NCBI GenBank assembly: GCA_030167145.1
Contig: CP126532.1
Span: forward strand, 2,670,001 to 2,702,000
Source of the DNA: Ktedonobacterales bacterium
GTDB lineage: Bacteria > Chloroflexota > Ktedonobacteria > Ktedonobacterales > JADMIN01
Length of the DNA stretch: 32,000 nt
Direction of reading: 5' to 3'
This document shows, in pieces, positions 7,907 to 14,554 of this stretch; position 1 is the stretch's first letter, and the number at the start of each line of letters is the position of its first letter. The notes beneath the pieces are model-generated. The model was not told the DNA's origin and searched no databases. It was given only the letters and a program-made list of their open reading frames with translations. The translations under genes and the position numbers were made by a program.

Positions 7907-7934
7907 GTTTCGTGAGGTAGGTTTCGTGAGGTAG
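7907..7934. repeat. 14-bp tandem duplication (gtttcgtgaggtag x2) directly upstream of the HAD hydrolase start
   Basis: Read directly from the sequence. Copies lie at 7907-7920 and 7921-7934. Each copy contains a GAGG Shine-Dalgarno-like core. The ATG is at 7939. Confidence 0.85.
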
Positions 7935-7938
7935 TAGT

Positions 7939-8793
7939 ATGGTCTTTTCCCCAGACGACGCTGACGTATCAGCCGCGCCGCATCCGCTGGAGCGCGCCCG
8001 TCCGCGCGTGATCGCGCTCGACCTGGATGGCACGTTGCTGCGCAGCGACAAAACCATCTCCCCGCGCACGCTCGCCGCAGTGAGCGCCTGCGCCGCCAGC
8101 GGCATCCGCCCCGTGATCGCCAGCGCCCGCCCGCCGCGCTCCGTCCGCGCGCTCTTGCCAGATAGCTTCCCCGCATCCACGTGGATCTGCTACAACGGCG
8201 CCGAAACCTGGGAGCATGGCCGCCGCGCCTGGCACGACGCGCTCGCTGCGCAGCATGCGCTCGTCCTCATCGCTGCGCTGGCCGCGCTTGCCCCCGCCGC
8301 GATGATCGCCATCGAGGTGGACAACCACATCTACGCCAACCAAACGCTCACTTACCCCTGGCTGCAAGAGTCATACGACGTGGTAGACCTCGCCAGCGCC
8401 ATCACCTCGCCCATTTCCAAGATCCTCTTCGATGCCACCGCCTTCGCCGATGCGGTTGCCGACCCAGATGCCCTCTGCGCCAGCCTGCCAGTCGCGTGCA
8501 GCCTCGTCGTCACCGACTCCGGCAGCCTCGGCCACATCATGGCGCACGGCGTCACCAAGGCGCGTGGCGTCGGCGCATTGGTCGAACGCTGGGGCCTCAG
8601 CCTCGCCCATGTAGCCGCCTTCGGCGATGACAGCAACGACCTCGAACTGATCGCCGCCTGCGGGCTGGGTATCGCCATGGGCAACGCCTCAGACACGCTC
8701 AAAGCCGCCGCCGCGCATGTCACGCTCACCAACGACGAGGACGGCGTCGCCATCGCCCTAGAGCGTCTCCTTGCCAATACATCTGCGTTGTAG
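7939..8793 (+). CDS. Cof-type HAD-IIB family hydrolase (sugar-phosphatase-like)
   Basis: 284-aa ORF. HAD motif I is VIALDLDGTLL. The C-terminal motif is AFGDDSNDLELIAACGLGIAMGNA. The cap region has the length typical of Cof/YbiV-like enzymes. Confidence 0.8.
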   Translation: MVFSPDDADVSAAPHPLERARPRVIALDLDGTLLRSDKTISPRTLAAVSACAASGIRPVIASARPPRSVRALLPDSFPASTWICYNGAETWEHGRRAWHDALAAQHALVLIAALAALAPAAMIAIEVDNHIYANQTLTYPWLQESYDVVDLASAITSPISKILFDATAFADAVADPDALCASLPVACSLVVTDSGSLGHIMAHGVTKARGVGALVERWGLSLAHVAAFGDDSNDLELIAACGLGIAMGNASDTLKAAAAHVTLTNDEDGVAIALERLLANTSAL

Positions 8794-8893
8794 GATTGCC
8801 CGCGCCATCCCACCCCTTCCCACCACTGGTACACTGGATGCCACAAGGCGGCCGCAACGCCGGGAACCCTATAGTTTGGAGCGCGTGTATCGT

Positions 8894-10399
8894 ATGAGTG
8901 TCTCGACACCGACAACAGGCGCAACGGAAGCAGCGGGCGGGCTGCGCCGCGTGCTGCCCTTCCGCACCATCGTCTCCGCCAGCACCGGGCTGGCCTATGC
9001 CGCCATCAGCCTGCTCAGTTGTGTGCAGCTTGCCGCGTTCCTCGCTGGCGATTCCGCCTGGATTGCGCTGCTCATCGCCGGCGCGCTGGCGCTGCTGGCG
9101 GCGCTCTGCTTCTCCGAGCTGAACGCCCTCTATCCCTCGGCGGCGGCGATCCGCCAGTATATCCGCGCCGCTTTCAACGAACGCTCCTCGCTCACCATCA
9201 CCTACGGCTACGTCCTCACCATCATCGCCGTCATCGCCGCCGATAGCTACGTCGTCGGTCGCGCCATCACCTACGTCACCGACTACTTCCATCTCCCTGG
9301 CGTTCCGGTGCTGGTCTGGATCTTCCTGCTGCTGGCGCTGGCGGCGTTCGCCAACCTGCTCGGCATCAAAATCGCCGGACTGCTGCAAGACGTGACCACC
9401 TTCGCGCTGCTTATCTCGCTGGCGGCGATGTCGCTCATCGCCCTGGCCCACGGCGGCTTCCAGTTGCATCAGCCGTTCGCCGCGCTGCACCAGCCGGGCA
9501 ACCTCTTCAACGCCGTCGCCGTCGGCGTCTTCACCTTCTCCGCCTTCGAGTGGGTCACGCCCCTCTCCGAAGAAGTCAACGACACCCGCCAGATTCCGCG
9601 CGGCATGTTCGTCTCGCTGGGGCTGCTCTTCATCTCCTACGCGCTCTTCACCGTCGCCTGCACCAATCTCATCGGCATCCAGCATCTCTGCGCGAACATC
9701 GGCGCGGACAACCAGATTTGCAGCGCCGTGCCGCAGATGCAGCTAGGGCAGGCCGCGCTGGGATCCGTTGGCGTCGTCTGGATGCTCGTCGCCACCCTCT
9801 TCACAGGCGTCATGACCTTCAACGGCGGCTTCGCCACCGCCTCGCGCTTCCTCTACGCCGCCGCCCGCGAAGCGACCCTGCCCGACATCTTCGCGCGGCT
9901 CAGCGACCGCCTCGTGCCCTGGGTGACGGTCGTGGCGCTGGCGGCCTCCTCGGCGCTGATTGCCGTGCTCGTTGACCTCACGCAGTCGTACAACACGCTG
10001 ATCCTGGTCGGCGCGGTCCTCGAAGGGCTGATCTACGCCGCCGCTGGCCTCTGCGTCATTCGCCTTCGCCGCCGCGCGCCTGATGCCCCGCGCTCGTTCC
10101 GCATCCCCGGCGGCTGGACTGTGCCGATCCTTGCTATCCTCATCTTCTCCGCGCTGGCCCTGGCCGCCGCGCTGAACATCTCGCCCTCCGGCGCGATACA
10201 ACCCCTGCCGCTACTGATCACCCTGCTGGTCTTCGCGCTCTCGTTCATCTACGTGCAGACCGTCGTGCCCCGGCTGAAGGCGCAGGCCGAGGCCAAGCGC
10301 CGCGCGCTAGGGTCGCGCCGCCCCCGCCGTCCGCCGCCCGCGCCAGCCGCGACCGAGGAAACTACAACGACAGAAGACACACCTGGCGGCGAAGCGTAA
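8894..10399 (+). CDS. APC superfamily amino acid/polyamine permease
   Basis: This is ORF 8771..10399. The likely start is M42 (MSVSTPTTG...). The protein has about 12 hydrophobic segments. The opening is typical of the family (LRRVLPFRTIVSASTGLAYAAISL) and an FEWVTPLSEE motif is present. The tail is Pro/Thr/Glu-rich. Confidence 0.8.
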   Translation: MSVSTPTTGATEAAGGLRRVLPFRTIVSASTGLAYAAISLLSCVQLAAFLAGDSAWIALLIAGALALLAALCFSELNALYPSAAAIRQYIRAAFNERSSLTITYGYVLTIIAVIAADSYVVGRAITYVTDYFHLPGVPVLVWIFLLLALAAFANLLGIKIAGLLQDVTTFALLISLAAMSLIALAHGGFQLHQPFAALHQPGNLFNAVAVGVFTFSAFEWVTPLSEEVNDTRQIPRGMFVSLGLLFISYALFTVACTNLIGIQHLCANIGADNQICSAVPQMQLGQAALGSVGVVWMLVATLFTGVMTFNGGFATASRFLYAAAREATLPDIFARLSDRLVPWVTVVALAASSALIAVLVDLTQSYNTLILVGAVLEGLIYAAAGLCVIRLRRRAPDAPRSFRIPGGWTVPILAILIFSALALAAALNISPSGAIQPLPLLITLLVFALSFIYVQTVVPRLKAQAEAKRRALGSRRPRRPPPAPAATEETTTTEDTPGGEA

Positions 10400-10491
10400 A
10401 ATGTGGTGAACTGAGACAACCTCACGGCGCTACATCGTGAACCGCAAGCTGAACAGGGACATGCCCTGACGACCGAGACAGGAGCCAGCCC

Positions 10492-11163
10492 ATGACGAAC
10501 GGCACATCCGGCAGCATCAAGATCATCGGCGCGGGTTTCGGGCGCACCGGCACATTCTCGCTCAAGAACGCGCTCGACGACATCGGCCTCGGCCCGTGCT
10601 ATCACATGTCCGAGGTCTTCGGGCGGCCGCAGGATGTGGACGTGTGGGAGGCAGCCGAAAAAGGCGAAGCCGTAGACTGGCACGCGCTGCTGGCGGATTA
10701 CCGCGCCATCGTAGACTGGCCAGGCTGCGCCTTTTACGCCGAACTGCTGCGCGCCTACCCCGACGCCAACGTCATCCTGACCGTACGCGACCCCGAACAA
10801 TGGTACGAAAGCGTCTGCGCCACAATTCGCCCCGCCAGCTATTCATCTGGCCCTGAGGATGAAGAGCGCTCCACCCCCGAAGACAAGCGCCGTGGCCAGA
10901 TGGTCCGCGCGATCATCTGGGAGGGAACGTTCGGCGGCAGATTCGACGACAAGGCGCATGCCATCGCGGTCTACAATCAGCATATCGCCGAAGTGAAAGA
11001 GCGCGTGCCAGCCGAAAAGCTGCTCGTCTATGACGTGAAACAAGGCTGGGAGCCGCTCTGCGCCTTCCTCGGCATCTCCGTGCCCGCCACACCGTTCCCA
11101 TACCTGAACCAGCGCGACGAGTTTATCGGCAGGATGTTGCGCGAAAAGAGTCAGGAGCCGTGA
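10492..11163 (+). CDS. Sulfotransferase family protein (Sulfotransfer_4-like), copy 1
   Basis: 223-aa ORF. The N-terminus IKIIGAGFGRTGTFSLKNALDDIGLGPCYHM matches the PAPS-binding P-loop-like opening of this family. An RDPEQWYES motif is also present. Confidence 0.7.
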   Translation: MTNGTSGSIKIIGAGFGRTGTFSLKNALDDIGLGPCYHMSEVFGRPQDVDVWEAAEKGEAVDWHALLADYRAIVDWPGCAFYAELLRAYPDANVILTVRDPEQWYESVCATIRPASYSSGPEDEERSTPEDKRRGQMVRAIIWEGTFGGRFDDKAHAIAVYNQHIAEVKERVPAEKLLVYDVKQGWEPLCAFLGISVPATPFPYLNQRDEFIGRMLREKSQEP

Positions 11164-11357
11164 TGCAGCATGATGCTGAGGTTGCCCAGTACTATGCGCT
11201 GAGTCCCGCCGCATACAGCGAGCTAGAGGTATTTGAACCGCGACAGGCGATTCCCACTGCTGATCCGCCGTCCCCCGCCAGCAGCGCATCAGCGGCGGAT
11301 GATACCAGCGCGGCAGACAACACACCTGGCGGCGAAACGAAAAATGTGGTCAACTGA
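11160..11357 (+). pseudogene. Duplication relic: 65-codon ORF whose 3' part is a copy of the permease C-terminal tail
   Basis: The ORF ends ...PPSPASSASAADDTSAADNTPGGETKNVVN, whereas the permease ends ...PPPAPAATEETTTTEDTPGGEA. The DNA block acacctggcggcgaaRcgWaaaatgtggtSaactgagacaacctcRcggcgct occurs at both 10378-10430 and 11325-11377. It is probably not a functional gene. Confidence 0.5.
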
Positions 11358-11435
11358 GACAACCTCGCGGCGCTGGCGCATGCGGCCCCGGACGAGCGCC
11401 GAACCACCCTACGACAAGCACGACAGGAGCAACCC

Positions 11436-12107
11436 ATGAGAGGCGGCACATCTGGCGGCGTGAAGATCATCGGCGCGGGCTTCGGGCGCACCGGCACATT
11501 CTCGCTCAAGAACGCGCTCGACGACATCGGCCTCGGCCCGTGCTATCACATGTTCGAGGTCCGCCAGCGGCCGCAAGACTCCGCCGTCTGGGAGGCAGCG
11601 GGCAAGGGCGAAGCTGTAGACTGGCACGCGCTGCTGGCGGATTACCGCGCCATCGTAGACTGGCCGGGCGCAGCCTTCTACGTGGATCTGATGCGCGCCT
11701 ACCCCGACGCCAATGTCATCCTGACCCTCCGTGACCCCGAACAGTGGTACGAGAGCGCCAGCACGACCATCTATCCCCGCAGCAATCCATCCGCCGAGGA
11801 ATTGGCGGAGCGCAGTCCTGAAGACCGCGACCGGGCGCATATGATCCAAACTGTTGTCTGGCAGAACACCTTTGGCGGCAGGTTTACAGACAAGTCTCAC
11901 GCGCTGGCGGTCTACAACGCCCACATCGAAGACGTGAAACAGCGCGTGCCACCCGACAAGTTGCTGATGTACGATCCGCGCGACGGCTGGGAGCCGCTCT
12001 GCGCCTTCCTCGGCATCCCCGTGCCCGCCACACCATACCCCTATCTCAACTCCCGCGACGAATTCCTTGGCCGTCAGTTGCGCAACAACGCCCAGGATAA
12101 GGCATGA
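11436..12107 (+). CDS. Sulfotransferase family protein (Sulfotransfer_4-like), copy 2 (tandem paralog)
   Basis: 223 aa, the same length as copy 1, collinear with it and by eye about 70% identical. The motifs VKIIGAGFGRTGTFSLKNALDDIGLGPCYHM and RDPEQWYES are conserved. Confidence 0.7.
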   Translation: MRGGTSGGVKIIGAGFGRTGTFSLKNALDDIGLGPCYHMFEVRQRPQDSAVWEAAGKGEAVDWHALLADYRAIVDWPGAAFYVDLMRAYPDANVILTLRDPEQWYESASTTIYPRSNPSAEELAERSPEDRDRAHMIQTVVWQNTFGGRFTDKSHALAVYNAHIEDVKQRVPPDKLLMYDPRDGWEPLCAFLGIPVPATPYPYLNSRDEFLGRQLRNNAQDKA

Positions 12108-12161
12108 TGCAATAGAGAGAAGAATCTATGTCTGCCTTCAGACTCTGATGAGGTACAGCGT

Positions 12162-12593
12162 ATGCCCCGCGTAACCACCCGTATTCGCGTCCCCTTCGCC
12201 GATGTGGATAGCAGCCAGCGCATCCACTTCACCGCCATGTTCCGCTACTTCGAGATCGCCGAGCACGCCCTGATGCGCAGCCTTGGCTTCCCCTACGCCA
12301 CCACCCTGCAAGAGAGCGCCTTTCCGCGCGTCCACCTCGCCTGCGACTTCCACGCCGCCATCACCTATGACATGCTGCTCGATGTCGAAGCCTCCGTAGA
12401 TCGCGTCGGCTCCTCCTCCTGGACCATCGCCTACACTGTGCGCCGCGCCCCGGACGACACCGCCGCCCTCCCTGGCGCCGCCGCTGGCGCCGTCGTCGCC
12501 AGCGGCCGCATGACCATCGTCGCCATGAACCCCACCACCGAACGCTCCCAGCCCATTCCCGACGACCTCCGCCGCGCCCTCACCCGCGACTGA
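12162..12593 (+). CDS. Acyl-CoA thioesterase, hotdog fold (4HBT/YbgC-like)
   Basis: 143-aa ORF. The opening RIRVPFADVDSSQRIHFTAMFRYFEIAEHALMRSLG is typical, with the catalytic Asp in the V.y.D.D context. The size is typical of the family. Confidence 0.75.
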   Translation: MPRVTTRIRVPFADVDSSQRIHFTAMFRYFEIAEHALMRSLGFPYATTLQESAFPRVHLACDFHAAITYDMLLDVEASVDRVGSSSWTIAYTVRRAPDDTAALPGAAAGAVVASGRMTIVAMNPTTERSQPIPDDLRRALTRD

Positions 12594-12640
12594 CTATGCA
12601 CAGGCGCAGGATGACAGATAGCAGCGATGCCCGCATCCCC

Positions 12641-12910
12641 CTACGGATGGGCAATGAATTTGTCATAGTCGGCATGCGTGCCGATCCAGAACCACACCAG
12701 ATCGTCACCGTCTTTGTAGCCAAGCACGCGGTAGCGCAGGCCTACGCGCGCCGAATAATAGCTAGTACGACCAGTAATCTGCTTGAAGTGTAGGCTCGGA
12801 TGGTGAGGATCGTGCTGAAAGAGCGCGTACGCCTCATCCGCCTGCTGCTGCACCTGCGCTGGCAGCGCGGCGAGCAATTGGCGAAAGTCTTTGGTGACGC
12901 GCGACCTCAT
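12641..12910 (-). CDS. Type II toxin, ParE/RelE superfamily
   Basis: 89-aa ORF. The motifs ...AYALFQHDPHHPSLHFKQI...YSARVGLRYRVLGYKDGDDLVWFWIGTHADYDK match the ParE/RelE-like 'plasmid stabilisation' toxin pattern. Its ATG overlaps the stop of the upstream small ORF in ATGA (12907-12910). Confidence 0.7.
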   Translation of the reverse strand: MRSRVTKDFRQLLAALPAQVQQQADEAYALFQHDPHHPSLHFKQITGRTSYYSARVGLRYRVLGYKDGDDLVWFWIGTHADYDKFIAHP

Positions 12911-13128
12911 TGCGGATCACGCAGCGTATCGTAGACTTCGCCGCGTGCGACCTGTTCCTCGGCCCGCCTCACCAGTTCATCCAGCGCCGGACCAGAGCGC
13001 GGATCGGCAAACGACGCCTCCCACTTGGCTTCTTCCAATTCTTCTTCCCAGCGGGCGGCAAGGGCCTCTTGTTTCTCTTCCGAGAGATGTTCCGCCTGCT
13101 CGAATACGGCGCGCAAACGCTCGATCAT
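12907..13128 (-). CDS. Putative cognate antitoxin (small acidic protein)
   Basis: 73-aa ORF rich in Glu (LSEEKQEALAARWEEELEEAKWEASF). It has a 4-bp translational-coupling overlap with the toxin gene. The assignment rests on position and size only. Confidence 0.55.
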   Translation of the reverse strand: MIERLRAVFEQAEHLSEEKQEALAARWEEELEEAKWEASFADPRSGPALDELVRRAEEQVARGEVYDTLRDPQ

Positions 13129-13329
13129 AAGACGATCACCTCTGCGTATGAAATCCGCGCGGCTAGCGCGGAAGGCACATACCAGCGCTCTGTTGCACTA
13201 TATCATACGGCGAGATCATGCGCGTAGGGGCGATGGCTGCATCGCCCTCTCGGCCCGTCTCTGCCGTACAGTTGGGGTAGAGGAGGATATGTGCCAGCGA
13301 CAGATTGTTCATGAGTGCGCTGTGATATG

Positions 13330-13364
13330 CTTATTATCGGTTAGTGCCGCCTACCGATAATAAG
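13330..13364. promoter_or_regulatory. Perfect 12-bp AT-rich inverted repeat (cttattatcggt N11 accgataataag); candidate operator
   Basis: Read directly from the sequence. The arms lie at 13330-13341 and 13353-13364. A third half-site, accgataataa, recurs at 13384-13394. Confidence 0.6.
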
Positions 13365-13389
13365 TGAGGCAGTTATGAGCGAAACCGAT

Positions 13390-13428
13390 AATAACGACAA
13401 TAACGACAATAACGACAACAACGACAAC
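13390..13428. repeat. 9-bp tandem repeat (aataacgac), about 4.3 copies
   Basis: Read directly from the sequence. Copies lie at 13390-13398, 13399-13407 and 13408-13416, with a variant aacaacgac at 13417-13425 and a partial copy after it. Confidence 0.9.
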
Positions 13429-13451
13429 CATCAGGGGCGAGCGGGTTCCTA

Positions 13452-13495
13452 TATCCATCATGTATCCATCATGTATCCATCATGTATCCATCATG
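13452..13495. repeat. 11-bp tandem repeat (tatccatcatg), 4 perfect copies
   Basis: Read directly from the sequence. Copies lie at 13452-13462, 13463-13473, 13474-13484 and 13485-13495. The array ends 20 nt before the HicB-like start codon. Confidence 0.95.
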
Positions 13496-13515
13496 CCAGC
13501 TAATGGAGGTCGCCC

Positions 13516-13707
13516 ATGAAACAGCAATTTACCGCAAGCATCTGACGTGAGGGCGAGTGGTTTGTTGCCCAATGCCTCGAAGTAGATGTCGCCAACCAGG
13601 GCACGACGGAGGATGAGGCGCTCACCAACCTGCGCGAAGCCCTGGAACTCCCTTTCACGCCACCTGCTGCCACGATACCACCCCGCATCTGCTCCGAACG
13701 CGCCTAG
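13516..13707 (+). pseudogene. HicB-family (UPF0150-like) antitoxin gene interrupted by an in-frame TGA at codon 10
   Basis: Own translation, with GGAGG 5 nt upstream of the ATG at 13516, gives MKQQFTASI*REGEWFVAQCLEVDVANQGTTEDEALTNLREALELPFTPP... The REGxxxVAxCxExDVAxQGxTxEEAxxNLxEAxEL pattern is characteristic of small HicB antitoxins. The stop lies at 13543-13545. It is absent from the ORF track because it is split. Confidence 0.6.
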
Positions 13708-13962
13708 CCCACCCCCGACTGAGCCGTCCCACGGCCAGCGGGCGACGTGGACGTCATCCCTACAGCCGGGCAAGCGGTGAGCGCGGAGCGCGCGCCAACA
13801 TAGTGCTGCTCTCATCATCCCCCTTGCCTATCTCGAACGCATGTCCTATACTCACCACAGACCTACTACTCCCACGGTCAGCCAGAACACGGCGCCGCTC
13901 CCTCCCACACCCCAGAGGAGCGGCGTCCTCCATTTCCAACACAAACGGCCAACAATCACATG

Positions 13963-14215
13963 CGGCGAAAACGGCGAAAACGGCGAAAACGGCGAAAAAA
14001 TGGGAAATCGAAAAATGGGAAATCGAAAAATGGGAAATCGAAAAATCGGCAGAATCGGCAACTGCACTCCTGCGAAAAACCGGCCAAATCGGCAACTCCG
14101 GCAACTGCCTCGATGCGAAATTACGGCGAAAACGGCGAAAAATCTCCCCCACTTCCAGTCAATACCCGTCATTCGCTCCCACCCAACCGCAAAAATCGGC
14201 AGAATCGGCAACTGC
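13963..14215. repeat. Composite short-tandem-repeat region: 9-bp x4, 15-bp x3 and a 25-bp exact duplicate 150 bp apart
   Basis: Read directly from the sequence. The unit cggcgaaaa occurs 4 times at 13963-13998 and twice more at 14124-14141. The unit aaaatgggaaatcga occurs 3 times at 13997-14041. The 25-mer aaaaatcggcagaatcggcaactgc occurs at 14041-14065 and 14191-14215. The motif cggcaact occurs 4 times. Confidence 0.9.
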
Positions 14216-14554
14216 CATCTCGCGAAATCGCCCATTTCGGCCACCGCATTCCGGACGGAATTACCCGCGGCCTTCAGGCCGAGAGCCTCCTATACCGCCC
14301 CTCCCGCCCTTCGTGCGTACCTCCGGCATTCATGCCCTTACGCCTGTGCTCCAGCCATGTATGGCCGAGGCGTGTGCGCCACGCGCGGTTGTGCGGCAAG
14401 CGTATACTGCGAGAGTGATGAACGTACAGCGTTGGTGGCATGGGACACGCTATGTATGTAGGTAGGTGTTTCACGTGCAACCACTTTGGCCGCCACGGCG
14501 TAGTTGTTTTCGAAATCATGACACCGGGCCAGGAAGCATTCTGGGGAGCGAGCG

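Noticed and set aside
13452-13495. The 11-bp repeat tatccatcatg as a cluster of DnaA boxes or a replication origin.
   Set aside because: Only TATCCA (6 of 9 positions) matches the TTATCCACA consensus. No dnaA or dnaN gene and no AT-rich unwinding element typical of oriC is adjacent. A local operator or iteron role is more defensible.
13375-13503. A 42-codon sORF (MSETDNNDNNDNNDNNDNHQ...IHHAS) as a real peptide gene, for example a leader or RiPP precursor.
   Set aside because: It consists almost entirely of two tandem DNA repeats, one of which has a period that is not a multiple of 3. Its RBS is weak and no maturation genes are nearby. I kept it only as a remark inside the repeat finding.
13708-13782. 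A degraded HicA toxin remnant downstream of the HicB-like gene (...SHGQRATWTSSLQPGKR*).
   Set aside because: The resemblance to the HicA GSH...vP.H.gK pattern is limited to a few residues in a short frame. It cannot be supported without a profile search.
13963-14215. Possible CRISPR array.
   Set aside because: The repeat units are only 9-25 bp and directly abut each other with no unique spacers of regular length. No cas genes are present in the window.
13760-14465. Four overlapping ORFs of 130-220 aa on both strands in the repeat region (13803..14465, 13841..14461, 13760..14152, 13852..14244).
   Set aside because: Their sequences are direct read-outs of the 9-bp and 15-bp tandem repeats (GENGENGE, KMGNRKMGNR, FSISHFSISH, AKTAKTAKT). 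Openness in several frames on both strands is what repeat DNA produces, not evidence of coding.
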